From assembly GCF_964355755.1 (NCBI RefSeq), contig NC_092677.1, positions 3,618,101-3,682,100 of the forward strand: DNA of 64,000 nucleotides. Direction: 5' to 3'. Below, piece after piece: positions 25,848-38,785 of the stretch; position 1 is the stretch's first letter, and each line of letters starts with the position of its first letter. The DNA is from Antedon mediterranea. Lineage: Eukaryota; Animalia; Echinodermata. The translations under genes and the position numbers were made by a program. The notes under the pieces are model-generated. The model had not been told where the DNA came from. It did no database searches and was given only the letters and a program-made list of their open reading frames with translations.

Positions 25848-27330
25848 GAAATATGTAAATCTGCAGGTATACTGTATATGCTCAACCAGATTAAGGAAGA
25901 AAATATGTAAATGAGATACCATGAATGATGAATCTATTATGTTTTTTTTTTTTTTTTTTTTTTTTTCTTGCTACTATATTGTATGTTTTGTAAATATGTA
26001 TACCTTGATGATTTGAAAAAAAAAAGACAAAATGTGAAAAGCTTTTTATAGATTGATGATAAAAAAAAATGATGAAGGATAAGAAGGTTTAGGTTTAAGT
26101 GGTGAAGTGTTTTCATCAAAGCTTTTATATTATAGGTATATACCGTATATATGTAATTTGCACATTCTTACTGCATGTGGAATTTTGAAATGATAAAATG
26201 GTTAAAAAGAAAAAAACAATTTCTAATTTTTTTAATGGATCATTAAACACAAATGTTGTTAAATGATAATGTATGTATAAAAAAATAATAGAATAAATAA
26301 TAAATAAAAAAAAATAATTGAATGAACCCACATAGGAAAAAAAAAGTTAAATGAAACTTTGATGGGTTATACTGTAGATGCAAAAAAAGATAATCTGTTG
26401 GAAATAAATTTTGTAAACATTTAAAGATAAAAAAAAATCAATGTTAAAGGATGAGGAAAATATAATGTTAACAGTAAAAAGTTAGTAAGTAATTAGTATA
26501 ACAGAGAATAAGCATTGTTTAAATGAAAATATGTTTGCATAGATAAATCCAAAGAAAAATAAAATGGGACAAACCCATGGGATGGATTTATTAAACATAA
26601 ACGTATTATAATTGTATGAAATAAATATGCATGTAGATGAAAAAAAAAACAAAACAACTATGTAAGAAAAAAATAAGCTTTGTTTATGAAAATGTGTTAT
26701 AGATAATATGTATAAAAAGAAGAAACTATGTAATCAATGTGGTTAAATGATAATGTATGTATAAACAAAATAATATATGGAAATAGTTTTTTTTTTTTTA
26801 AAGAAAATAAGTAAAAAAAAAAAAGTGGAATGAATCCACATAAGAGAAGAAAGTAAAAAAGTTAAATGAAAATTTAAGAAGTTATAGATGCAAAAAAGGA
26901 TCTGCTGGAAATAAAAGTTTTGTAAACATTAAAGAACAAAAATATTAATATTAAGGTTAAAGGATGAGAACAATATTATGTTAACAGTAAACATCTAGTA
27001 AGTAATGAGTATAACAGAGAATATGCATTGTTAAATGAAAATGTGGTAGATGAAAAAATCAAAAACAACTATGTAAGAAAAAAATAAGCTTGTTAATGAA
27101 AGTGTGTTACAGATAATATGTTTAAAAAGAGGAAGCTATGTAATCAATGTGATAATATGTAAACAAATGAATAAAACTCTTTAAATAAGTATATGTATAC
27201 AGATGATTAAACAAACATTGTAAATATAATGATATGTATAGTGTATAGTGAAAAATATATGTAAAGAGAACAGTGGTATGGAAATAAAAGTGGGATGAAC
27301 CCACATAAGATAAAAAATAAAAAAAAAAAA
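25160..27330 (+). mobile_element. 5'-truncated L1/Tx1-clade LINE: ORF2 C-terminus, long AT-rich 3' UTR and poly(A) tail
   Basis: ORF carries zf-RVT-type motifs (W..IW, FNFKLLHRILPTNERL..W, CDTCNVIENDKHMLVEC). A-tail at 27311-27330. Confidence 0.8.
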
Positions 27331-27331
27331 C

Positions 27332-27535
27332 CAATAAAATATCTAATTTTTAAAGGTATACACAACTCAAAGACTGCCCCTGCAGACTCCTGGCTAAACA
27401 TATTAATAAACGATTCTAATTAAACTCACCCAAAGGGTTCCAAATAACAAATAAAGATGATTACACAGCATGAATATCTCACACGATACCAAATTGTATA
27501 TGATTTCGTTCAGCCTGCGTATTGTACGCAACTCA
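27332..27535 (-). repeat. Truncated 3' LTR of the BEL element
   Basis: About 200 bp nearly identical to 32436-32633. Bounded by the LINE poly(A) on one side and fused to the integrase on the other. Confidence 0.85.
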
Positions 27536-30500
27536 TTTATTGTATTGTCAGCCCCTCTGAAACATTTGCCATTGTCACTCACCAATAAAGATGGTGCTCC
27601 TCTGATGCTTACAAATCGTTCCATTGCTTGTAGGAACGCTTGGGTAGTAAGATCTTGGACACAGGTTAAGTGTACAGCTCTAGTCACGGCACACGTAAAA
27701 ACTGCACAATATCCTTTTCTGGTGGTATTTTTGTTCAGTTTAACGTTAACTGGGCCCAGATAGTCTACGAGTGTGGAACTAAATGGTGGTAAGCATGGTT
27801 TCACTCGGAAGTCTGGTAGGTCAGCCATCTTCTGCTCTATTGGCTTCCCTTTGTGTCTCCTACAAATAGTACATTGTCGTACAACTGTTTTTGAGATGTT
27901 GGTATCCCCAATAATCCAAAACTTCTTTCTGACCTCTTATGCGGTTCTCAGGTGGCCCCCATGTAAAGAGTGTCTGTGTCTATCCCGAACAATCAGTAAA
28001 CTGATATGGCTTCCCTTCGGTAGTAGGTAAGGGTGTCTTATGTCATACGACAGTGGTGCATTCTTAATCCGTCCACCAACACGGTACACTCCTTCTTTCT
28101 CATCGAAGACTGGATCTAGCTTCATGATGTTGTGATCATTGAAATTTATCTCAGCTTGTCCCTGTCGGATCCAAAGCAACTCAGCTTCCTTCAATGCATG
28201 TGGTGAAGGCCACTCAGAAATTTGTGAAGTTAACTTCTTTAACCATTGGTTCTTTGGTAACTGCTTTAAGGACACAACTCTTGCTGTGACCATCTTAAGT
28301 TTTGGCCAACTAGAAAACTTGGTGGGATCAAGTATTCTTTCAAATTCAGGGATAGCCTTTATTTTGAGTGTTAGTGTCTTAGCATTACGGACATGGAATT
28401 TCTTTTGTTCTCCATCTTCAGGAGCTACTTGAACATTTGTCGGAGTTTTAGGCCAAGAGATTGGTGGTGATCGTCGGAACCCTGGTCCATCGATGACTTT
28501 CTTCATATCGTCAATGTTTCCTCCTCTTGAAACAATATCTATAGTGTTCTGGTCTGACGGTACAAAGGCAATATCTTTGATCGGGTCAAATTCAGAAGTG
28601 ATCTCACCTACACGGTATGCAACATACGATCGGAAAGATTTAGATTGACCTCTCAGCCAACTGATGGCAGTCATACTGTCTGTCCAAATCTTTGAATAAA
28701 CTATGTCAAACCTCAAAGCATTCTTTACAGTGAGCATCAGCCTTGAAAGCAGCAGAATTGGTTGAAGTTCTTTCCTGGGGATGCTTGATTGTTTAAGTGG
28801 TGTGAGTCTGGCTCGGGCGCACACAAACGACAAATAAGCTTCAGTTGACTCTTCATGTGACCACCTTAGCCAAACTCCAATACCCATAGCATCTTCTGGA
28901 GCATCACTTGCACCATGCAGAGATACTTTTGGTAATGGTCTTTTTCCTCTAAATGGCTCTGGAATAAGACATCTTGGAATTTCTATGTCACTTGCTTTTT
29001 CAAGGTCTTCATTGATTTCACTGAGAATAGCACAAAGTTCACCTCTCTGGTTAAGTGGTGTATCCCAATCAATGTTTAGTTGCCACAGTTTTTGTAACAG
29101 TGTTTTCGGTCGGACAAGGATACCGGAAAGCATACCGAATACGTCATAGTAAGAAGCGGTTTGTTTCAGAATGCTACGTTTAGTTGGGATTACACCTTGA
29201 ATTAGTTTTACCTCTTTGACCTTTAGAGTGTCGTTCACAAGGTCCCACTTTGTTCCCAAAGCTGTTGCAGCAGTGGCGTGTTCTGATTCATCACACATAT
29301 TCCTAACGTTGGATTGCCATTTTCTGATATTGAAGTTTCCTTTCTTCAGAGTCTCAATGAGTTTAGACTTTAAGTTGTCAGCCTCATTAGCATCAGTAAC
29401 AGATTCATTCAAATCATCCATGTAAAACTGGTCAGTAACAATTCTTTCTAATTGTTTATCACCGGGTGCATGCTCAGATACTATATGTCTCAAAGTCACA
29501 ATAGCCGCAGTGATGGCTTGTCACCAAATGTAACAGTCGTCAACTCGTACACTTGAATTGGATGGTTAGGATTCTCTCTGAACACAAATCGATGAAAGCG
29601 GGCATCATCAGAACTGATTTTAATAGCCTGGAACATCTTACTAATGTCGGAAATTATACCAACTTCGTTTTCTCGGAATCGTAGGGCAACATCAAAAAGA
29701 TCTGTATTAACATTTTCTCCTTTATATAAATAATCATTAAGAGAATGGCCTTGAAATCTTGCCTTCCCATCATATACCACTCTCACAGGTGTTGTTTTAG
29801 ATTCTTTGGTTACGGCAAAGTGTGGTAAAAACCACATCTTCCTTCCAGCCTCTCTATCTCTTTGTAGCTCTGCTTCTGTCACTCGACGAGAGACACCTCT
29901 TTTCAGTTGATCTCTCATTTGTTCGCAATACACTTCCCATTCTATGCTTCTATTCTCAAATTGCTTTTCTAGGCTCTTCAGTCTCTTCACAGCATACCCA
30001 TAGTTATCTGGAAGGTCATTTGGTGCCCTTTTCCAAGGCAATCTAATTTCATAAGTTCCATTTGGCAGTTGTTTCACACTCTGATCAATTGCTTCCGTTG
30101 CCTTGCGGTTTGTAAGATTTTCCGAGCATTTGCACTTCTTTGGTTCTAAACCCATTGTCTCAATGCCAAGAAAATCTTCCATTGGTCCAACTGCAGACAC
30201 ATTAACATAGTTGAAGAGTGCTGATGTGGTGAGTTGTCCTCCTTGGATAAACCATCCAAAAGGACATTTCACGGCTACAGGTTCATTGATACATTCACCT
30301 CGGAGGTACTCTTCCCAAATCATTAAGTGTGTGTTATCGACACCAAGCAGTACATCAATAGTTGGGTATGGAGCAACTTGTAAATCAATTTCATTTAGAT
30401 GACTGTATTGTTTAAGCTGTTCTTTGTATACTATAGGAGCATCTCCGCAGGGTTCGTCTATTTCTGTGACGGTGAGTGGACAAGACCATGTACCATTTAC

Positions 30501-32128
30501 GTCTTCAATGTAGCAATTCAGCAATCGTAGTTTCTTAGTAATTGTCTTACCACCAACCAGACTCAGATCGTGTTTTTGATAAACATCTTGATTAGTAAGT
30601 GGAATGAGTCCCGATCTCAGAAGTGTCGCTTGGCTTCCACCATCCAATAAGATACGCACTAGACGGCGGGTTTTGCCACATCTCAGGTACCCCATAACAG
30701 TAGGTAAAGTCACTTGTAATTTACTGCCTGCCTGCTTAACAACTGTGGTTGGATCCGCTGGTTGAAATGGTTGAGCATTGCAATTAAGATTGGGTTGATC
30801 CTTTCTTTCATACAAGACAGGACAAACAGCCGGAAAGTGAAGGTTACTTCCACAAGATGGAGTTCCACAAGGTGCGGCAAATTGACAGGAATTCTTATCA
30901 TATGGAGGTTTACCAGCAGAGCAATTGTTGTGACCACATCTAAAACAGATTCTGTTCTTTTTCATCACTTCATATTTCTCCTTTTGAGACAAACTTCGAA
31001 ACTTGTTACAACTCTTTAAGAAATGGGTATTCGCAGTTGAATGTAGTGCACACTTGGGATTTCTATTGTAGTCTGACTTGTATCCTTCTGCAGATGACAC
31101 TACAGCAGCATTTGAAGCCTTCTTTGACGATGAAGATGATTCAGTTTCAGTCATGGGCATAGCTTTCTCAAGTAACAATAATTGGCTGTACAGCCATTTA
31201 ACCAAGCCAGTGAGAGAATGACCTGTTTCGTTGTCCCTAACGCTTTTATAGTAAGCTATTCTGTGTTCTTCTGGTAATTTCTGTTTTATTTGGCTCAGCA
31301 TGATTTTGCTGTTCAATTCTCCAGATAAACCAATGGTTTCCGCTCTGGTTTCAAACGTTTGAAGGGTTTGGACAAAACGACTCATGGCTGGAATGTTGAT
31401 CTTGTCCTTACTTTCATAGGACTTTCAATTCTCTAGATCCTTCAACAGACTATCAACCACTCTGTCTTTGTCTCCGTAGCGTTCATCTAACACTTCCCAA
31501 GCTCTAGCCACATCGATACATCCTTTAACCATGTTTCTTTCTTTGCTGTTAATCATAGATTCAGTTAGCTGGTAGAAACATTCAATCTCAGTTAGATTAG
31601 TTGCACAATGTGTAAATAATTCTTTAAATCTTTTGTAATCCCGGATGTTGCCATTAAATGTATAGTAGGATACTTCATCTTTGCCATGGTAGGCGTTGAC
31701 CTTGCCATAGCAGGTCGAAGTGTAGGTGAACTGAATGCAGGCGGCGAGGCAACCGTACCAGCAGGCTGCGTTGAGGCTGATGTTTGAAGAGGAGTTGTAG
31801 GAGTTGAGAATGGTACATCGACTGTAGATTGTGAGTGGCGCAGGGTAATCTCCCGTTTTGCACATACAAACTTTTGAAGGAAATCCATCTCACATTCTGA
31901 CATCCATTTCTCTTCCGTTTCAAATTCTCCCTGGTCTTCAATTACATCAATCAGTTCAGAGTGTTTTAACTCAACTTTTCTGAACTGTTCCTCCGCCTTG
32001 ATAATGTAAGTTTTTAAAACATCTGGTTCGCAATTTTCTTTAAGTAGTGATTCTATCATGGACAGAGTCCTTGTTAACTGACCTTTGCTGTTCCGTCTGG
32101 TAAGCTTCAGTTTGTTTAAGTCTGCCAT
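27530..32128 (-). pseudogene. BEL/Pao gag-pol polyprotein, frameshifted in several places, integrase truncated
   Basis: Gag (FNGNIRDY..F, AWEVLDERYG, three Cys/His knuckles), protease LLDGGSQAT, RT (FLPHFAV, RVVYDG, DISKMF, FYMDD), RNase H (LHGASDA, IPRKEL, WTDS) and integrase (HGG, MADLP, DYLGP, CAVTRAVHL, SDNG) are spread over five ORFs. Confidence 0.9.
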
Positions 32129-32435
32129 TGTAATTATTTCACTAGTTGTTGAAGCTGTTGTGGAATCGGTGAGAAATAATGAGGTGAACACGTTGTTGCA
32201 ATATGTTGTCTTTATTAGATTTATTATTATTCAACAACTGTGTTGGGTTGTCTATAAGAACAAACAAAATACACTAAGTAGATAGTTCTGTAGTCAACAA
32301 ATACTTCGAAACATATGATAATAAAGAATAGTACGACTACCCCCTCTATAGTAATAGAAAGATGTAGACACTCGTACGCCGACTCGACTCGAAGTGATAA
32401 CGTCAAGCGAGGCCTAGATATATGAACTTTAACAA

Positions 32436-32679
32436 CAATAAAATATCTAATTTTTAAAGGTATACACAACTCAAAGACTGCCCCTGCAGACTCCTGGCTA
32501 AACATATTAATAAACGATTCTAATTAAACTCACCCAAAGGGTTCCAAATAACAAATAAAGATGATTACACAGCATGAATATCTCACACGATACCAAATTG
32601 TATAAAATTTCGTTCAGCCTGCGTATTGTACGCGCACTGGCACGCAACTCACAAATTGAAAACAAATGACGTCATGACA
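32436..32679 (-). repeat. 5' LTR of the BEL element (inner boundary not determined; probably extends below 32436)
   Basis: Matches 27332-27529; TG start at 32679. No clear primer-binding site recognised. Confidence 0.75.
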
Positions 32680-32683
32680 TCAG

Positions 32684-35172
32684 GGGACCTCCTTAATCGT
32701 CCAGTATAAGTTAGAGTAGGACCGCTGGTCCCGTTTACTCAGCCCTCATCTTTTAAATCTGAGTGTAACTCAATTACGATTTTTTATATAGTGAAATTTG
32801 ATACTGTATTTGTGAGAAAATGGCGGATTGCTCCTGGGAGTCACTTGGTGGGATTATACTAGGGTACGTACCTCCTTAGTCGTCCAGTATAAGTTAGAGT
32901 AGGACCACTGGTCCTGTTTACTCAGCCCTCATCTTTTAAATCTGAGTGTAACTCAATTACGATTTTTAATATTATAGTGAAATTTGGTACTGTATTTGTG
33001 AGAAAACGGCGGATTGCTCCTGGAAGTCACTCGGTGGGATTATACTAGGGTACCTTCTTAGTTGTCCAGTATAAGTGAGAGTAGGACCGCTGGTTTTGTT
33101 TACTCAGCACCCTCATCTTTTAAATCTGAGTGTAACTCAATTACGATTTTCAATATTATAGTGAAATTTGATACTGTATTTGTGAGAAAATGGCGGATTG
33201 CTCCTGGGAGTCACTTGGTGGAATTATACTTGGGTACCTCCTTAGTCGTCCAGTATAAGTTAGAGTAGGACCGCTGGTCCCGTTTACTCAGCCCTCATCT
33301 TTTTAATCTGAGTGTAACTCAATTACAATTTTTTATATAGTGAAATTTGATACTGTATTTGTGAGAAAATGGCGGATTGCTCCTGGGAGTCACTTGGTGG
33401 GATTATACTACTAGGGTACCTCCTTAGTCGTCCAGTATAAGTTAGAGTAGGACCGCTGGTCCTGTTTACTCGACTCAGCCCTCATCTTTTAAATCTGAGT
33501 GTAACTCAATTACGATTTTAAATATTATAGTGAAATTTGGTACTGTATTTGTGAGAAAACGGCGGATTGCTCCTGGAAGTCACTCGGTGGGATTATACTA
33601 GGGTACCTCCTTAGTTGTCCAGTATAAGTTAGAGTAGGACCGCTGGTCTTGTTTACTCAGCCCTCATCTTTTAAATCTGAGTGTAACTCAATTACGATTT
33701 TTAATATTATAGTGAAATTTGATATTGTATTTGTGAGAAAATGGCGGATTGCTCCTGGGAGTCACTTGGTGGGATTATACTAGGGTACGTCCTTAGTCGT
33801 CCAGTATAAGTTAGGGTTGGACCACTGGTCCCGTTTACTCAGCCCCCTCATCTTTTAAATCTGAGTGTAACTCAATTACGATTTTTAATATTATAGTGAA
33901 ATTTGATACTGTATTTGTGAGAAAATGGCGGATTGCTCCTGGGAGTCACTTGGTGGGATTATACTAGGGTACCTCCATAGTCGTCCAGTATAAGTTAGGG
34001 TGTGACCACTGGTCCCGTTTACTCAGCCCTCATCTATTAAATCTGAGTGTAACTAAATTAAGATTTATAATATTTTAGTGAAATTTGATACTGTATTTGT
34101 AAGAAAATGGCGGATTGCTCCTGGGAGTCACTTGGTGGGATTATACTAGGGGACCGCCTTAATCGTCCAGTATAAGTTAGAGTAGGACCACTGGTCCCGT
34201 TTACTCAGCCCTCATCTTTGAAATCTGAGTGTAACTCAATTACTATTCTTAAAATTATAGTGAAATTTGATACTGTATTTGTGAGAAAATGGCGGATTGC
34301 TCCTGGGAGTCATTTGGTGGGATTATACTAGGGTACCTCCATAGTCGTCCAGTATAAGTTAGGGTGTGACCATTGGTCCCGTTTACTCAGCCCTCATCTT
34401 TTAAATCTGAGTGTAACTCAATTACGATTTGTTATATAGTGAAATTTGATACTGTATTTGTGAGAAAATGGCGGATTTCTTCTGGAAGTTACTCGGTGGG
34501 ATTATACTAGGGTACCTCCTTAGTCGTCCAGTATAAGTTAGAGTAGGACCACTGGTCCTGTTTACTCAGCCCTCATCTTTTAAATCTGAGTGTAACTCAA
34601 TTACGATTTTTTATATAGTGAAATTTGATACTGTATTTGTGAGAAAATGGCGGATTGCTCCTAGGAGTCACTTGGTGGGATTATACTAGGGTACCTCCTT
34701 AGTCGTCCAGTATAAGTTAGAGTAGGACCGCCCTGGTCCTGTTTACTCAGCCCTCATCTTTTTAAATCTGAGTGTAACTCAATTACGATTTTAAATATTA
34801 TAGTGAAATGTGGTACTGTATTTGTGAGAAAACGGCGGATTGCTCCTAGCCTGGAAGTCACTCGGTGGGATTATACTAGGGTACCTCCTTAGTCGTCCAG
34901 TATAAGTTAGAGTAGGACCGGTGGTTCCGTTTACTCAGCCCTCATCTTTTAAATCTGAGTGTAACTCAATTAAGATTTTTTATATAGTGAAATTTGATAC
35001 TGTATTTGTGAGAAAATGGCGGATTGCTCCTGGGAGTCACTTGGTGGGATTATACTAGGGTACCTCCTTAGTCGTCCAGTATAAGTTAGGCTGGGACCAC
35101 TGGTCCCGTTTACTCAGCACTCATCTTTTAAATCTGAGTGTAACTCAATTACGATTTTTAATATTATAGTGA
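32684..35172. repeat. ~182-bp tandem satellite, about 13.6 copies
   Basis: Unit CCTTAGTCGTCCAGTATAAGTTAGAGTAGGACC...GAGAAAATGGCGGATTGCTCCTGGGAGTCACTTGGTGGGATTATACTAGGGTACCT recurs every ~180-186 bp. Confidence 0.97.
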
Positions 35173-35790
35173 AAAAACACAAGTTTCATCAAATGCAACG
35201 GCAATTACGGAATAAGACATTTTGTTAGGAAAAATTTGAGTTTTTGTAAAAGGTCAATGACCTTTTGACCTCTAGTTAAGTATAACTGTTGTATCAATTG
35301 TTTTTTTAATGTATATTAGTAGGATATATATACTATACACATTGGTACTAAAGCTATTTAGATATGATTATAAAACAATGGATTATAGGCATAAACGCTA
35401 CCCCTACCCAAAAATTGTTTACATTACATTTGATCAAGAATCAATTTCAATAAGAATAGTACATCATTACTTTTAAAATTCTTCTAGTTAACATCATGTT
35501 TCCTATTTTATATATCGATAGGTACAGAAAAAACACAATTTTGATTAAATGCATCCACAATTATGGTATACGATATAACAGTTAATCATTTTTTAAAGGA
35601 AAAAAATGAGTTTTTGTAAAAGGTCAATAACCTTTTGACCTCTAGTTATATAAATAAGTGTTGTATTTTGTTTTTTTAAATTGCATATTAGAAAGAAATA
35701 TATATTCTACACACTGATATCAAGATTATTGAGATTGGATTATAAAACCACAAGTTACGGGCATAAATGTTACCCCCTACCCCAAAAATA
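35172..35790. repeat. Diverged two-copy tandem duplication (~360-bp period), probably transposon-internal
   Basis: AAAAAACACAA...GAGTTTTTGTAAAAGGTCAAT(G/A)ACCTTTTGACCTCTAGTTA...TACCCCTACCC occurs at ~35172-35415 and ~35528-35790. Confidence 0.7.
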
Positions 35791-35970
35791 TTTACGGAAT
35801 AAAATCCCTATATAGTTGTTGAGATTACGTAAAAAATAGTGTGTTCCAATGCTTCAATTTTCGGTGACTTTTAATATGGCATTCTAAACTACATTTGGAA
35901 TGAAAAAATCAATGTTTCGTTACTATTGCAATTTGTGGTGGGTTTACCTCTAAATATCACTAGATTGACT

Positions 35971-36118
35971 GGACTAGACGCAACACAAGGACGTACCGCA
36001 ACGTAAATGAGTTGACCAATCACAAACGATGGATTATTCGCAATGTCGCTTGTCATTGGTCAACACGCTTGCGTTGCGTTTACTTCCTTGCGTTGCGTCC
36101 GAGTGGGAACCAAGCTTT
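35971..36118. mobile_element. Short palindromic MITE, left end truncated
   Basis: GACGCAACACAAGGA...TTGACCAATCACAA pairs with TTGTCATTGGTCAA...TCCTTGCGTTGCGTC. Right terminus is GTGGGAACCAAGCTTTA. Confidence 0.65.
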
Positions 36119-36301
36119 ATGCAGACAATTTTAAAACGGTCAAAATGACTGTTCTCTTGTGTAGAGGCGTTTGGTATTGAATCATAAACAATTAACCAAT
36201 CAGATGCAAGTATAGGTTTCTCCTGTCTCAGACGCGCAGTGTGTATTTGAAGAAGTCAATGATTCCCGCAGCAAGATGACGTAAGTGTAACGCAAGCATT
36301 G

Positions 36302-36850
36302 TTTTTTTTTTTTTTTTTTTTTTTTATTTATTCTGGTATATAAAACATTACAAAAAGCAGAACAAGTCTGAAATTATTGTAGCACATTATATAAAAAATT
36401 TACATTACAGATAAAAAATACAAAACAATTTACAATATGCATAAGAAAAATAAATATACTGTACATTGATCATTAAAATTTATCTAGTATTTTAAATATA
36501 TTTATCAAGGTTTTAATTTATTTTAAGCAATATATACAATAGTATTAATTTAAATGAATTTATTTATTTTATTTATTGAAAAAATCCTATATAAAAAAAA
36601 TTATTTCGAGTTAAGCAGATTAACAATATACGGAACAGCAGACCGTTTATATCTCTGTCTGTTTTGCTTTTAGGCACTTCCAGATTTCCACCATTGGATC
36701 TAAGATTTAATTTTCGCTTGCGGCAAGGAGGGAGCATATCCCTGTGCAAAGCCGATTTTATGAGACCCTGACCAAAAGAAAGGACCAGACTTTCCCTCCT
36801 TGCCGCAAGCGAAAGGAGTTGCGTCTCGATATATATATCGTACGATAATT
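36302..36850 (-). mobile_element. 3' fragment of a CR1/L2-group LINE with poly(A) tail
   Basis: ORF 36573..36866 contains SLAARRESL...LPP...NLRS...VPKSKTDR, typical of LINE ORF2 C-termini. Poly-T at 36302-36325. Confidence 0.6.
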
Positions 36851-36944
36851 TTTCCCATGTGGCCAATCACGACGCGATCTGAACTGTCGTGATTCATGGT
36901 CAAAACTCTCTTGCGCCTACGTCATTTAGTTGCGTTATATATAT

Positions 36945-37650
36945 AAACTTTATTTAGACACGAGACTGATGTGCAGTACAACTCGTTCAATCAATATTGA
37001 TTGTTTTTACACAAGTTCGTGATACTGTATTACAAAACAAACAAAAAAATCAACACCATATAAATACAACAGAAACGAACAAAATTGAAATTGAAAAGAA
37101 ACAAAATTACAGCAGAATCCCCTTCATCTGACACCTCTATTTAGGGTACACCATACCGGTACTTCCTGTGTAAACGGAAACCCTTATCGAAGTGTATAAT
37201 TCATGGGGATTCAACTGTAATACATAATAAATCTTTTGGATTTCATTGACGTTAAAATAATAGTGATAAAACACACATTTTACATAGTATTTAGCCATTT
37301 TAAAAGTTGGGTGTAGATCGTAGATTACCATACCATTATGTTTTACAATGCATTTTTCAGATACGTTTTAAACAACTTAACTGAATTTGGAAGGGTATCA
37401 ACATTGAGACTATTCCATATAATTGCTCCACGATAAGACAGACTTCGTTTTTTAAAATCGGTTTTTGGCTTTGGGATGAATAGATGTGTATCACTGTTCC
37501 TTAGATTATAATTTATATCATTGAATGTAAATACATTATTTAGGTAAGGTGGGGCATTATCTGTCAAAACCTTATATATAACCATACAACATTCATATCT
37601 ATCTTGATAAAATAAAGGTGACCAATTAATTTGCCTTAGTGCCTCACTAC
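36945..37650 (-). mobile_element. 3' fragment of a Crack/CR1/L2-group LINE
   Basis: ORF 37343..37585 reads YKVL...APPYL...YNLRNS...IPKPKT...KRSLSYRGAIIWNSL. Minus-strand AATAAA near 36950. Confidence 0.75.
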
Positions 37651-37702
37651 TAACCCTTCACGTGAGAAATAAAATTATTTCTTTGTTGTCAAAAACTCAT
37701 AC

Positions 37703-38553
37703 CATTTAGTTTCTTTGTCAGTAGCCTCGTGGCATCCTCTCGGGCATCCTCTACGTCAAACTGGCCTTTGTATTTCATCGCCCTGGTAACGGACACGCCC
37801 AATGTGATACCAAACAGACGACATGTGTAGTCAGTGATAGCGCCACCAGACGGGAAGTAATCCACTTCCATTTCGGTCTTCAAAAGCTCGGCACCAAAAC
37901 AGCGATGTAACATTTCAAAACTACGATAAAATAAAGAAAATTATCATTTTTTCCCCAATAAATCATGTCCATAACACCAATTAAAAAATGAATTATATAA
38001 ATGTTCATTACAATTTTCTAAGCATTTTTCTAAGGTTTTTTATTTTATTCCACATTTATCATCAGTAACAGTGCCAATAAATCTATAAATAGTAAAACAT
38101 TACTAACTTTTCTTTATTAAATTTTAAGTTTATGTATTGTACTACCATATTGAGCAATATTACTAATCATACATGTTATTAATCTTATCTGAGAACTTCA
38201 GATTCAACCGAATTTCCACCAGCATTTGGACACATCTCTAGCTTCTTTCCAGAGGACGATAACTCCATAGACGCGAACGATCTGAAACAGTTGAAAGAGC
38301 ACTGGACTAGCGCCCTCTCTCCAGCATGCTCAACTGCGCGTGCAAACTTAAAATAGTCGCATAGCTTAACACCAAAGTTCTTCCCAATGTAGATGTTATT
38401 TGGAGACGTAGTATTTCGTATACTTGTCTTGGTTTGTTGAGATTCTTTTGTGGTGATATTTTTCACAAATCCGACTTTGCAAAAGGCCTTCCTTTGGCCA
38501 CGGCGGCCGGTATTCAAAAAAGCGATAGGGGTACGCTCTGGAACACCTCTCAT
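37703..38553 (-). pseudogene. AAC4-like ('AAC-rich mRNA clone AAC4 protein'-like) gene copy A; exon 1 38553-38189, exon 2 37920-37703; exon 3 not found
   Basis: Spliced translation ...PNAGGNSVESEVLS-FEMLHRCFGAELLKTEMEVDYFPSGGAITDYTCRLFGITLGVSVTRAMKY...LLTKKLNG resembles the family as I recall it. Phases join correctly, with acceptor TTTATCGTAG and second donor G|GTATGA. The first donor reads AG|ATAAGA instead of GT. Confidence 0.75.
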
Positions 38554-38785
38554 TCATCGCTATCCGTCGCTGGGTATTTGCTGTCATATTCGTCATTGTC
38601 ATGTTTAAAGATTTCTCTGCTACTAACTTTACTTCCTTGATTTCTACCGCTTGTATTACATTGTGTTTATATTGTAGCCTACCTTGTTGTGTTGTTGTGC
38701 AACGCGCTCTCTGTTTTAACTTGCTTTATATATTGTGACAGTATATTACGACATTTCTAAAAATAGAACATTATTTAATTGAAAT

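Larger units (their letters stand above)
27332..32679 (-). mobile_element. Degenerate BEL/Pao LTR retrotransposon
   Basis: Domain order gag-PR-RT-RH-IN on the minus strand. Direct repeats at 27332-27529 and 32436-32633 flank the coding region. The element starts with TG (TGTCATGACG) at 32679. Confidence 0.92.

Noticed and set aside
27470-31019. Plus-strand ORFs overlapping the BEL element, and likewise minus-strand ORFs within the RTE
   Set aside because: Antisense shadows of real coding sequence, with no recognisable motifs.
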